Of a stretch of 64,000 nt of DNA, positions 12,264 through 28,320 are shown in pieces. The stretch's first letter is position 1. Every line of letters begins with the position of its first letter. The stretch spans positions 124,001 to 188,000 of the forward strand of contig NIVC01002065.1 of the NCBI GenBank assembly GCA_002269645.1, given 5' to 3'. This DNA is from Macrostomum lignano. Its lineage: Eukaryota. The translations under genes were made by a program, and so were the position numbers. The notes beneath the pieces are model-generated. The model had not been told where the DNA came from. It did no database searches and worked only from the letters and a program-made list of their open reading frames with translations.

Positions 12264-13026
12264 TATATTCAATTGAGACTTAACTTATCATCCATTTCTC
12301 ATAAATTCTAAACATAACAATGTAATTAAACTAAAACTAGGCAATGTCAAAAAAACGTTTAATAAAATAAGGCTTAAAAACAAAGGTGAAAACTCAAGGC
12401 ATCTTAAATGCTTCGCGCGTAAAGACATTTTATTTACTTCCTTTTATATTTGTATTAGGCTTTGGCCATAGACAATGCTTTTAAATGAGCGTCATGCATG
12501 TACTTTCTACCATGACGCTCAAGTTCCCGTTCTGAGTGATTAGGAAGTCCGAGGTATGATAGCAAATTGGCAACACTTTATTTGGAATACTCGTGCGTAA
12601 AAACAGTTTGAATGTAAATTATGTAAATTTTTTATTGACAGATTTTGGTGCCTTAAAAGTTTAGCTCTGTTTTGTACGACCTATTAGATATTTTTTACGA
12701 TTACGTGTGCACGTGTCTCCACGCTTTTATGCTGCTAGATACGGGAATTGCTCTTCCTCTATTGCCGCTTTCCCGCAAATATTAAGGTAACAAGATAATG
12801 TAACTCGCAAAAATGCGCTATAGGACCCGAAATAACTTGTCCTAGACATCTCCATCTAAAATAACCTGTCCCAAACACCTCTGTCTGAAATAGCCTGTCC
12901 TAGACACCTGCAAACCAAATCCTTCAGTGCATAGAGAGTAAGAGAGAAAAGGGGTGGCGCCCCAGCCCCCAGCCAGACCGATAAACAGTTTGGCTTTCCT
13001 CTTGCCCTCCTGTGTCTGAATTTGAC

Positions 13027-13330
13027 CTCTCTCCTTACTGCTCTCTCATTGGCTAAGCCAGATTGGGCCTGCCCCCTAGGCTGAGTTTTGTACGTCCAAC
13101 TTTGTCCTCTCTCCTTACTGCTCTCTCATTGGCTGAGCCAGATTGAGCCTGCCCCCTAGGCTGAGTTTTGTACGTCCAACTTTGTCCTCTCTCCTTACTG
13201 CTCTCTCATTGGCTGAGCCAGATTGAGCCTGCCCCCTAGGCTGAGTTTTGTACGTCCAACTTTGTCCTCTCTCCTTACTGCTCTCTCATTGGCTGAGCTA
13301 GATTGGGCCTGCCCCCTAGGCTGAGTTTCG
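13027..13330 (+). repeat. 80-bp tandem repeat (~3.8 copies) with two ATTG(G) CCAAT-like boxes per unit
   Basis: CTCTCTCCTTACTGCTCTCTCATTGGCT(A/G)AGCCAGATTG(G/A)GCCTGCCCCCTAGGCTGAGTTTTGTACGTCCAACTTTGTC at 13027, 13107, 13187, 13267. Confidence 0.9.
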
Positions 13331-14279
13331 TCCGTCTTGCGTTCACTTGTGTACATCGAGTTAAATGCTTGTTGTTAATTTCTAACCTCATATGCTTATG
13401 AAGCCTCAAACCCCGATTAAGAAAAGGCTATTTTGGCTGCCTCATTGTTTTCTCTGAAAGCAGAGAAGACGCTCTACGCTCTACAACTTAATTACGAGTG
13501 ACACATCTAGTAATTTTAGTATTTGCGGTATTTGCTCAACTGTCCGGTTCCTAAAAACACACCTGATTACGCCATTGCCAAATTATTTTTGTCTGCGAAG
13601 TCGATCGCAATTCTGTTAAAGTGCACGTGCACTCATTCGCTCTTCCATTCAATTAAAGCTGTTAACTAAAAAAGTGAAGTTACTATGCAATGTGTAGAAC
13701 TTTATTATTCAGTTTACCTGTCGATACTAGGGGAAAAAGCAGCGACATTTTTTAGCTCAGCCTAAATTATGGTCAGCCCACATTATAGTGTACAGCGGCC
13801 CTGACTCTCATTGACAGGCGTGTGCGTACACACTGCCTGTTCGTGGCTCACGCCTCAAAGCCATGGACATATCAATCTGAGTGGGGTGGATAGTGTTATT
13901 ACGAGTAGCACTCGTAGTGCCAATGTCATATGGTCTTTTTCTAAACTCTATTTTCTGCTTTGAACCATTAAAATCCAATTATATTGATAACATTTTCGGA
14001 ACCCCGATGCTGTGTAATGTGATCTGTTGCAGTCCGACTCAATTTGACTACATTTGTCTTCGCGCTAAAATCATTTCTTGTGTTATCATTTATTCCGCTG
14101 TAACTGTTAGTTTTTGTCTGGCGCTGAAAGAGTGACACATTTTCTTAAAATATTGATACTGACAATTCAAATTTATATACTTTGTTACTTCCCTGACTTA
14201 CTTCTTTATTGATATTGATATTCCAGCCCCAATGTGTTTCTGCCCTTTCGTGTAATTTTTGTATAGTAGGCTCTCTGAT

Positions 14280-15070
14280 CAGATCCTGGATGTTCATCAG
14301 TACCATCCCAGCTCCTAGATGTTTATCAGTACCATCCCAGCTCCTGGATGTTTATCAGTACCATCCCAGCTCCTGGATATTTATCAGTACCATCCCAGAT
14401 CCTGGATGCTCATAAATACCATCCTAGATCCTGGATGTTCATCAATACCATCCCAGATCCTGGATGTTCATCAGTACCATCCCAGATCCTGGATGTTCAT
14501 CAGTACCATCCCAGATCCTGGATGTTCATCAGTACCATCCCAGATCCTGGATGTTCATCAGTACCATCCCAGATCCTGGATGTTCATCAGTAACATCCCA
14601 GATCCTGGATGTTCATCAGTAACATCCCAGATCCTGGATGTTCATCAGTTCCACCCCAGCTCCTAGATGTTCATCAGTACCATCCCAGATCCTGGATGTT
14701 CATCAGTACCATCCCAGATCCTGGATGTTCATCAGTACCATCCCAGATCCTGGATGTTCATCAGTACCATCCCAGATCCTGGATGTTCATCAGTAACATC
14801 CCAGATCCTGGATGTTCATCAGTAACATCCCAGATCCTGGATGTTCATCAGTTCCACCCCAGCTCCTAGATGTTCATCAGTACCATCCCAGATCCTGGAT
14901 GTTCATCAGTACCATCCCAGATCCTGGATGTTCATCAGTACCATCCCAGATCCTGGATGTTCATCAGTAACATCCCAGATCCTGGATGTTCATCAGTAAC
15001 ATCCCAGATCCTGGATGTTCATCAGTTCCACCCCAGCTCCTAGATGTTTATCAGTTTCATTCCAGATCCT
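14280..15070 (+). repeat. 29-bp minisatellite with higher-order blocks
   Basis: Unit GATCCTGGATGTTCATCAGTACCATCCCA. The variant GTTCCACCCCAGCTCCTAG recurs near 14650, 14855 and 15030. Confidence 0.95.
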
Positions 15071-16029
15071 CACCAATCGATAAACTATACATAAAATCAA
15101 TGTAGAAGTTTAATTTTAACACAAAAAGTCAACAGAGTGTAGATAGCGCATTTATCTGAGGCGGCCTTAAATAAAAGGACAAATTTCCAGACGTTTATTT
15201 CAATTCAATGCTAACGACTGGCCCATTAAAATGGGCAACAGATGAACTAATAAACCAGAATCAACAAGCAGGTAAGATTGCTGTGGTTTAATCTCGTTTT
15301 TTTATTTTTTTGCCAGATACATTCGACCCTCTAGGAGCATTTTCTTTAGCACTAAATTCACAATAGCTCACCTTCTGGACTTCTCTTTTCCAAATAAAGC
15401 AAGTACATTTATGTGCTTCCTCCCAGGTGCACTCGCAAGGCAACGCTCAGAGTATACAGTTGCACAGCGCTGAATAGAGGTTTCGCCATAGACAATTTCG
15501 GCCGAGAAAATCTGCGCTGGAAAAAATACAGTACTGTGGCGGTCCAATCAGCACGCAGCCAGCGATTGCGAGTACATCTGCACTGAAACCCCCTGCCCGC
15601 CAAGCTGGGGGGTGGGTGTACTCGGACAGACAGTCAATATGCTAAGTCGGGGGGGGGGGGGTTCGTGCCACCTTTTTGGCGCACCTCCCCATGTGATCGC
15701 GTGCTTATTTATACCTGACGCGTAAAGCTAATAAACTTTTACTTTTCTCGCTTGCAACTTACTTCGTTTTTCCGCAAGCTGCTAAAGTACAGAAAATAGG
15801 GACAGCTGAAATTTGAAACTATGCTTGCTTGTTTGCCTAACCTTGTGAGTGCACTTCAAACGAAACACACACACACACACGTGTTTAATTTGGAATTTGT
15901 AAATTTAGAAGGTGAGATATTGTCCATGTAATTGCTAAAAGACTGAAAACTTTCTATCTTGCCAGTGCATTTTGCAGCATAAACCCGCCTTCGGATAATT
16001 TTGCACGTTTTTTTGAGTTACAAGTGTAC

Positions 16030-16561
16030 TATACTTGCTCTACTGATGTGCTGTGACGTACGGGATGTGCTTGACTGAATACATACTTGCTCTACTGATG
16101 TGCTGTGACGTACGGGATGTGCTTGACTGAATACATACTTGCTCTACTGATGTGCTGTGACGTACGGGATGTGCTTGACTGAATACATACTTGCTCTACT
16201 GATGTGCTGTGACGTACGCGATGTGCTTGACTGAATACATACTTGCTCTACTGATGTGCTGTGACGTACGCGATGTGCTTGACTGAATACATACTTGCTC
16301 TACTGATGTGCTGTGACGTACGCGATGTGCTTGACTGAATACATACTTGCTCTACTGATGTGCTGTGACGTACGCGATGTGCTTGACTGAATACATACTT
16401 GCTCTACTGATGTGCTGTGACGTACGCGATGTGCTTGACTGAATACATACTTGCTCTACTGATGTGCTGTGACGTACGGGATGTGCTTGACTGAATACAT
16501 ACTTGCTCTACTGATGTGCTGTGACGTACGGGATGTGCTTGACTGAATACATACTTGCTCT
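16030..16561 (+). repeat. 52-bp tandem repeat (~10 near-identical copies)
   Basis: Unit TACTTGCTCTACTGATGTGCTGTGACGTACG(G/C)GATGTGCTTGACTGAATACA. Confidence 0.95.
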
Positions 16562-16867
16562 AGTTAGCAATAACAAGAATGCGCAAAACTTCGACAGTGC
16601 GTGTCCACAAGGATTAGGATAAGACCAGCTATAAGACAACGAGTAGATATATAACCTACTAATAGAAACAAGTACTGGCCTATCGCAAGTTCAAATATTA
16701 ATTTTGAACACGCACATGTAGAAGCGATCACCGAAACCGCGGGTCACTTTTATGTGAAAACCCCGGGTTGGGGATCCTGCGAGTCTCTCAGATAATTCTC
16801 CGTTTTACATGTGGTCTCTTACATGCTTTACCTGTAATCTCGCCGCTGACACCGAGGCTTCAGTCAG

Positions 16868-17115
16868 TTATTTCGCGGTCGCAGTGGCGACACTGTCGGG
16901 CAGCTGCAGCTCTTGCACAGCCTGGCGCACCATGCTGCCCACCTCGAACCGGCGCCGCCAGTGCAGATTGTCCTCCACGCGCATGTGCGTCCAGTCTCCG
17001 TGTCTTAGGGAGTCGCGCAGAGCGGCGAAATTCAATGAGAACAGCAGGTTCATGTGGAACTCCAGACTTTGGATCACTGGCAGGATGCCGATTGACACCA
17101 GCTGGTACCTGATGT
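16868..17115 (-). CDS. Putative terminal exon of an unidentified gene (YQLVSIGILPVIQSLEFHMNLLFSLNF...AVQELQLPDSVATATAK*)
   Basis: GC-rich non-repetitive open frame ending in TAA at 16870-16868, with globular-looking composition. The acceptor position is uncertain. Confidence 0.55.
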
Positions 17116-17209
17116 GCGACATGCCGGCGTGAATACTTAGTTTGTGTTTTGTTCGCACGCCTGTTTATTAGGCTAGAAATCCATTTTGGCACTGCAGACG
17201 GAACTACAT

Positions 17210-17625
17210 ACTTGTTCACCTGCACCCAATTCTTGCCCACCTGCACCCAACTTGCCCATCTGCACCCGATTTGCCCACCTGCACCCAACTTGCCCACCTG
17301 CACCCAACTTGCCCACCTGCACCCAATTCTTGCCCACCTGCACCCAACTTGCCCACCTGCACCCAATTCTTGCCCACCTGCACCCGACTTGCCCACCTGC
17401 ACCCGACTTGCCCACCTGCACCCAATTCTTGCCCACCTGCACCCGACTTGCCCACCTGCACCCAATTCTTGCCCACCTGCACCCGATTTGCCCACCTACA
17501 CCCAACTTGCCCACCTGCACCCAATTCTTGCCCACCTGCACCCGACTTGCCCACCTGCACCCGACTTGCACACCTGCACCCGACTTCCCACCTGCACCCA
17601 ATTCTTGCCCACCTGCACCCAACAA
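17210..17625 (+). repeat. 17/20-bp minisatellite TTGCCCACCTGCACCCAA(TTC), probably intronic
   Basis: Direct tandem repetition. It produces several spurious ORFs on both strands. Confidence 0.95.
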
Positions 17626-17634
17626 GCCCCCCTC

Positions 17635-17832
17635 ACGGCACACAACTTGGCGCCCCTTGAAACCTTTTTTGCGCTGCTCACAACATCTCATTGGCACTTC
17701 AGCCCATGCATATTGGCGCTGCGACACCTCACATGCCTTGCATTTATCTACGAGATACATGCGCAAGCCTCTGCCCAGAAGCCAATGCTCATAGCTGCAG
17801 TAATAGATTGCCTCCAGCTCGTCCTTACCTGA
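17635..17832 (-). CDS. Putative internal exon (GKDELEAIYYCSYEHWLLGRGLRMYLVDKCKACEVSQRQYAWAEVPMRCCEQRKKGFKGRQ)
   Basis: Non-repetitive open frame with AG acceptor candidates (exon start 17832 or 17828) and GTGAGG/GTTTCA donor candidates. Exact joins are unresolved. Confidence 0.5.
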
Positions 17833-18368
17833 CTTCGTAATCGTACAGAATCAACGCCAGCATGCAGACGGACAGTATAGTCAAGCAGCTGAGCGTATTG
17901 TACAGCAGCTGGATGAGTATATCGTTCTCGTATTCCAATTTTAGCTGAATTTCGGTGCCGTTAGTAGCGTTGCTGACTGACATTTCGTCTAGCGCTAATT
18001 ATTGCTTGGCCTAATAACTATGCTCAAAGAGACGATTATAGCGTGCGCGAGTTAAAACGGACTGACAACAAGCAAGCAATCCGAATCCAGTGTTATAGCT
18101 CGTAGCAAAAATGTTGTATGCTTCAAGAGCAATACTTCAAAGGCTCGGAAAAGGGCAAGCAAGTTGATTTGGCCATAGACAGCACAAATAAAGATGCAAG
18201 CAGCAACCTCTCTCATAGGCTCATATATAGGCTTGGGCTCTGGTAAATTTACTAATTATTTACACCTGCGAAAGCAGAACGGTGGCTCAATACGATGTAA
18301 TATCGATAAGGATGAGACAACCTGATCACAATTCTTTGTTTGTATACCCTTTTTTCGTGTAAAGTTAA

Positions 18369-21879
<3,511 letters not shown>

Positions 21880-22350
21880 AGTTGCCAGTGAAACAAAAAC
21901 AGTGCAGCAGAATTGTCACAGGTGACAATATTTGAGTAGAACAAAGGCAAATCCGTGCGGACCAGTCTGTATGGTGGCTATATTTCTTTTAGAGTAAAAA
22001 TAAATGAACTTTTAGGGCGCTGCAGCGACACTCTCTATTGTGCAGCAGTTGGCAATAAATTAACGCGAGCAAATACGGAACAGTATAGTAATGTAGCCAT
22101 GCGGTACGGGCAAGCACAAAGCGATTGAGCGTTCATGAAAATATCCAGGTGCAATAGAAATAGCCAATATTGCGTTTAGTGCAAAACCTTTTGAAACGTT
22201 TGCGCGGCTTAATTCTACGTCTTTAGCGACTGAGACCCGCTGTCAAGAACTGTTTGAATGTAGAAAAATAGCCAGCACCCCGTAATATAGCAAGTTTTAA
22301 AGGCCCATTAGTTTACAGGCTTGTACAATTGTACAACTATTTACTGCTTT

Positions 22351-22747
22351 CAGGGACGCAACCATGGAGGGGGGAAGGGGCGAGGGGGCGGCTGCCCCCC
22401 TTTCGGCGGAGACCTGGAAGAAATGAAAGGGGCATTTTCGCCAAAATACAAGCCCGCCCCCTTCGCCCCCCTTTGGGTCTTCACCCCCGAAATCCGCCCC
22501 TTGGGTCTACACCCCCCCTGGAATCCGCCCCCCTCGGGTCTTCAACCCCCCCCCGGAATCCGCCCCCTTGGGTCTTCAGCCCCCCGGAATCCGCCCCCTT
22601 GGGTCTTCAACCCCCCGAAATCCGCCCCCTTGGGTCTTCAACCCCCCGAAATCCACCCCTTGGATCTTCAACCCCCAGGAATCCGCCCCCTTGGGTCTTC
22701 AACCCCCTGAAATCCGCCCCCCCCCCCAATTTCTGGTTGCGCCACTG
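22351..22747. mobile_element. hAT-like MITE containing a ~31-bp C-rich internal tandem array
   Basis: TIRs CAGGGACGCAACCA / TGGTTGCGCCACTG; 8-bp flanks ACTGCTTT and ACTGCTGC (6/8 match); internal unit TTGGGTCTTCAACCCCCCGAAATCCGCCCCC. Confidence 0.75.
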
Positions 22748-23225
22748 ACTGCTGCAGCTATATGCCTTGTTGAACAGCTACTCTCTACTCCAATGCATTT
22801 AAATCAGCAAACATCCTTTTTTGCGTCAACCCACTTGAAACTTACAAAAAGCTTACAGATGTCGTTTAGATCTTTATATGCAATCAGTTCAAAGTACTCG
22901 TATGGCTATCGCAAAAGGTTAGGTAAGGCTGTGTGTTTTGAGCCCCTCCTGAACACTAACTGGTTCTTAAGAATGCTACACTATTAAACATCGATGCAGC
23001 GTTGCTATGAATGATGATAAGTAAAGATGGCTTCAGTTCATCAGTAACCCAGATCTAATGGTGTAACATACCATTAATAAACTGTTCTAAAATCAGAATG
23101 TTCAGCCCATTTTTCATGACTAAGTATCTTACTAAAAAATCGAAATACAAAAGTAACTGGTAGTTCCACCATACATCTGTGGGTCGTATAGGGTCAAGAG
23201 GGAATAGTAAAGGGCATTGGAATTG

Positions 23226-23520
23226 TCACAGGTAAGTATTCTCTCCATTTGCATTTACTTTGTTTGCTTTCAACGGCGGGACTGTCACTCGCGCAATCGG
23301 CGACCTCGATTGCCATGCGGCCGATTCTGATTGGCTACCGGCGGCAAACTGCGGTGCCCTGCTTGGCTCGCTGCCGACGTTCGCTGACGCAGACTGGTAG
23401 CTGAATACTGGGTTGCGGGTGTGCAGCATCTGGTCGTGGCTCGCCTGGGCCACGTCACGCCAAATGTCTGTCGGCAGGGGTGCCCGCTGGTGATGATGCT
23501 GCATCAGCTGCTGGGCCAGA

Positions 23521-23560
<40 letters not shown>

Positions 23561-25016
23561 TTGGCGGCATCTCCGCACTCGCCAGGCTGTAGACGCTGCC
23601 AGTGCGATTGCCTCTGAAGCCTTGCTGCTGCTGTTGCTGCTGATGGTTGCGGGACTCACCGGGCCGATCGAATGTGCTATCTCGGACAGACGAACGGCGG
23701 ACAATGCCGGACTTTCTGGTGCCCCCGCTGTCGCTGCTGTTGTTGTTGAAGCCGAACGCCTTGCTCAGACTGGCCGTCATTCGTTTCCAACTGTCGCCGA
23801 ACCGTTTTGAGCGACTCTTCTGTCGGTAGCGATCGTCGTAAGCCTTCTCCATCTGCTCCTGCAGCTGTTCCTCTGTCTGTGGCCTGTCGTAGGCGAAGAT
23901 CGGCTCCTCCCACTGCTCCTGATAAGGCTCGCGGACAACCGGCGGGCCGCCGCCTCGCCTGTATCGAGCGTTTGGAGGAGCTGGGGCGGGGCCCTTGAAG
24001 CGCCTAGGCTGGAGCGGACTCCGGTAGTGCCCGTTACCAACGCCAACTGAGCTCATTTCCAACTCGGAAGAGAATCGCGTCAATTGGCGCGGCGGCTGCT
24101 CCGCTGCCGGTGTGGCTGACTCATCCTCCGAATAGTCTGGCTCGAGCAGGCTGCCTTCCATGAAGTCTGTCGGTGCCTGAAGCGGATGTTGGCCAAGCAG
24201 TTGTTGACGAATCTCTGCGATGAGTTTTTTCTTCTCAGCATCGCCGATTTTGGCTCCGGAGACGGCCCCCTCTGCTGATGCGATCGCTTGCTGCTGCTGC
24301 GATGGGCTTGACGAGTGGCTCAGCAAGTCCCGGAGAATCTCCTGCTTTATTTCCTCCTTCAGTGTTTCAGTTGAGTCCGCTTTCGACAGACCTCTACGCA
24401 ATGTGTCGTCTCGCTCCTCCAACTCCTCTGTAACAGTTGGTAGCTCCTGCTTGCTCGGGTCATACAATCTACCTTCGTTTGGGTCGACGTCAACTACCCT
24501 GTTCTTCTCCTTCTTTTCTGCCAGCGCGAATACATATTCTCGCATGCGGGACACCCTGCTGTCTTCCATCGGCTCAGCAGCTGCATCTTTCTCGCTGTTT
24601 AATCCGCCATCTACCGCAGACGGCGGCGCTGGTGCCGGTGGCTTTTGCGTGCGGGCAGGCCGTCGCGCCTGACCGTTGGCCTGCAGCGATTCCGCTACAG
24701 CCTGTCGCTGCAGGCCTCCGTTGAGGTTGTTCACTTGCTGCGAAAGACGCGTCAAGCCACCGCCGGTTGCTGCAGACTGGCTGTGTGTTTCGCCACCGCC
24801 GGCACTGCTACGCAAAATCGAATGATTAAACCGCAGTGCGTCCTCTGTCTGGTCGCGGAATACGACGTTACGCCGATTTTTCTCATCGTTCAGATGACCG
24901 CCGCCACCCGCCGCATTTCGTAGTATTGGACGCGGAGTGCTCGGCGCGCTGGGCCCTACGTCTGTCGAGGCCGGATCGGCTGTTCCGTCCGGAGAACCGC
25001 TCTGTTCGTTACCCAT
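23226..25016 (-). CDS. Large exon encoding a low-complexity protein with N-terminal MGNEQS (myristoylation-like), Q-rich and P-rich segments; single exon, or exon 1 with a donor at 23258
   Basis: 596-codon open frame from ATG 25016, preceded by CAG|G. A phase-0 AAA|GTAAAT donor lies 11 codons before the stop. No domain recognised. Confidence 0.8.
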
Positions 25017-25859
25017 CCTGAGCTGCTGCACGAAAACTGCAGCCTAGTGCTGGATCCTTCGGCTGGCCCTGCTTGTACCTTTTAGTTTCTCAATTCTTTT
25101 GCCGATTTCGCCGAGTGAACCTATGCTGCTGAACGAGTGCGCGGCGCTGCGCCTATAATTTTCTCTTTCTTATACACGCCTCAAAATACTTCGGCTTTCC
25201 TCCAACGAAAGAGGCGTAGGTGGAAAGAGAGTCGGGGTTGGCCTGACCTAAAAATATATCATTACACATACCCAGTTGGCCTCCAGCTGCTTGCTTAGGC
25301 CGAAAGCAAGCGAGTATTCAGAATATTTAACTACCATCTACCCTCGGAGCTTAAACTTTGGGCAAGCCTTGGTCATATAGCTGCGCTCTGAGTCTATTGT
25401 TCTTTATCTGTGCGCAAACCTCAATTGCATTGCTCTTGCAGCATTCTATTCATCAAAATTGTGAGACTTGAGCCCCCACCCCCCGAGCATCTGCCTGGGG
25501 AGGGTTACATTGTCTTGGCAGAAATTGTGGCATTCATGAGTAACCCATACTTTCTTTTCTGTAAAAAGTTGCAGCCTGTCGACGAAGAAAGAGATCGAAC
25601 AATATAGCACTAGCAGCACTTGTGCACTTACGAGGTATACCCCGAATGGATAGGCTTTTGAGAACAAGTGCATTTTGGTTTGATGGTTTGATTGCTTGAA
25701 CTTGTCTTTTGAAAAAAGAGCTACTAAATATGTTAACACGTATGTAAGAGCGCTACAAGTTCAAGTTGTTATACACTCGTATAATCTATTATTGCTTTAA
25801 AATGTTTCCTTCTTGACGATGTAGAAAATCTGTGGGAAACATGTATTGCTCTTGACAGT

Positions 25860-25890
<31 letters not shown>

Positions 25891-27330
25891 AGCACACCGC
25901 CGGGGAACAGAGTACTGTTCACGAAGGGCGGTGTTAGATCAGTTTTCTCAGTGCGAGCTCTCTAAAGGCGGCAACAGTGTGCGCCTGGCCGATCACCCCA
26001 GCGTCATCCAGCAGGCAATCCACGTAATGAGGCGTCCTTGATTGGCGTCCATGTCTCGGCGTTGTAGGTCAGGATGGATTCGACTACCGCCTAAAACAGC
26101 CGAACCCTCAAGCGGTTCGGCAGCGCGGCGTTCTGCAGGACGACCCGGATAGAGCGGAAGGCCGCCCAAGCCAGGCTCCTGCGTCGCGCTAAGTCCTCCT
26201 GGACACTAGGTACAAGAGCGCCGAGGTACGTGAAGCGCGTGCAGCGAGGTAGAGTTGTTGCACGACTGTCGGCGCTCCGGCAGGTGATGTTGAAAGGCAG
26301 CTCCGCAGGTACAGTCATCATCTCGATGTTCACCACATCGATGTTCACCGCTAGCCCGTCCCGATACTGCAGCTGGCATCAGGCTCTCTAGCATGCACTG
26401 GGCTCCCCAGACGTAGAGGCGAGCAGCGAAAGAGCGACAGTCGCTTCTCAGGGTGGCGGCTGATTGTTCGTCGGCACAGCAAGAAGTCGGCCTCATCTGT
26501 TGGCAGGTCCCTTCACAGCACCCAATTGAGCACCAAGACGAAAAGGTAGGGTGCAAGTGTGTCACCTTGCAGCACTCCCGAGGTCGTGTCAAACAGGTCG
26601 GACAGATAGGTCAGGTGTCACCACAGCGTCCAGAGTCTCCGGGTAGAGAGTTATTGTTGCTGTGACCAATCCCTCTGGTATGTGGTGCGATCGCAAGACC
26701 GGCTTCTGTGATGGGGCCGGCGTTGAAATCCTCCTCCTTCGGCAGGGGCACTTCCAGGAAAGAAGCATGTCGATGTCGCTTAGCTGTCAAGAGGGCAGCG
26801 CATTGACGATTCCAGTAAAGAAGGCCTGCAGCTTACCGCGGCCAGCTTCGGCCGTGTCGCCCGTGATGTTCAGAGGCGTCCTGCACTTCCTCCTGGTCAG
26901 TGCGTTCACGGCGCTCCAAACAGTGCGGTGCCTTCTGTCGCGTCCTGCCGTTGTAACAGTCTGTATCTCAATTTTTTTAAAACGAAATAAAAATACAAGA
27001 CTGCTCGTAGCTTCTGGGGAGTTCGCTTGCTGCTCCCCCTTTTATGATTCTTTTGCGCTGTTTCCGCCTCTTGCTCGCTCTTTCACGGCGGTCGGCTGTC
27101 CTTGCCTGTAGGCCTCCGCGAGGGTAGCTTCAGCTCTCTTTCCTGCCACGCGCAGCGCCTTGAGTCTGGTTCAGTCTCCCAGACCGGCCGTTTGTGGTCC
27201 GTTTTCAGTGCCATCGGAATGATCCGCTGTTAGTCACGCGGGTGCGCTCGCAGAACTGCACGAGAATGTAATCCAGCTGTGCTAATCTCCGCGTGGCGTT
27301 CGGTCCAGTGTCATTCCACCGTCGCCGCTA
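25860..27330 (-). mobile_element. Decayed, internally deleted RTE-like non-LTR retrotransposon with a (TTG)n 3' tail
   Basis: Minus-strand fragments GVLQGDTLAPYLFVLVLNWVL, FTYLGALV...AWAAFRSI...RLF*AVVESILTYNAETW. (CAA)~10 on the plus strand at 25860-25890 marks the 3' end. The 5' limit is approximate. Confidence 0.8.
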
Positions 27331-27959
27331 GCTTGCAGCCGGTGAAATTTGCCAACCAGTGGGCCAAGGACGACTAAAGTAACGTATATATAGGACGCAA
27401 GACTCAACTTTCGTGGAAAATTCGTTGGTGGCCGATTTTCGTAATGGTTTGCATAGCCGAAATAGAAGTAGTTTACAGCGTTATAATCGTTGCGAGATAT
27501 TATCGACTGGTGTAGAACAGGTGCAGAATTTTATTCTTTTTGTAATGCATCCTTATTTGATTTTATTATATATAGCTAGATATGGAGTTGTATCTTTCCT
27601 TTTATAATGTCTTACTATGTGCTAGGGCCTAGGCCTACATCTGTAGATCTAATCTGAAAATTTTCAGCATCTTAGATACATGAGATTTCTTACTTTACTA
27701 GAACAGCATATTTAACTTTATTTCATTTATTTAATGAGATAAATCAGCTACTGCTCTTCTGTGCCACAATCCACATGACTGAGTGACATACTCGTAATTA
27801 TACCATAGCCATATAGGCCTCTAGTTAATAGATCCCTCCTCATTATGTGATTATATATAATATATTGCCCTCAGGAAGATTAATTAAAACAACATTTAAG
27901 ATAGTATATATACGCTCTTATATCTACTTAAGTAGTCCTTGACCTTGGCGGAGCCTTAG

Positions 27960-28320
27960 ACTCGATCTCAGAGTCGAAACCACAGTGGTCATGTTTACCA
28001 TGTTTAACTTCTATGGAGAAGCCAGCCCGTTTGTCTGGGCCGCATTCTGGACCACAGGCAGTTAAACTGGACTTTGACGTCTAAACTAAAGCCAAAAAAG
28101 CCATGGCTGTCTTGACTCCTGGCTCAGATCAGGCGCACCGTAGGCACCACCTGGGGGCCTTCCCTAGGAAGCTGTGGTGGATTTACACTGCCATTATCCT
28201 CGATCAGTTACGCCAGCCTCGTGTGGGCTAGCGGCCTGAACGTCAAGGGTTACCTCGACGCTCTATATAGAAGAATCCAGGGCAGAGCTTGCCGTATGAC
28301 TATGAGCGCTCCACACTTAA
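27960..28320 (+). mobile_element. Degenerate fragment of a second LOA-like non-LTR element (post-RT region)
   Basis: ETTVVMFT, KAKKAMAVL, KLWWIYTAII, YASLVWAS and IQGRACRMT align by eye with [34 protein letters not shown] and LQGSICRTI of the intact copy. Confidence 0.7.

Noticed and set aside
14280-16561. Regular repeats that could be mistaken for CRISPR arrays
   Set aside because: Units are head-to-tail with no unique spacers, there are no cas genes, and the context is eukaryotic. The same holds for all other arrays.
16860-17832. Long C/P/H-rich and G/V-rich ORFs on both strands
   Set aside because: Mostly the 17/20-bp array. Only the non-repetitive minus-strand flanks are kept as candidate exons.
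23226-23240. Perfect plus-strand donor CAG|GTAAGT at 23231
   Set aside because: No plus-strand exon or acceptor could be linked to it. It overlaps the end of the minus-strand ORF.
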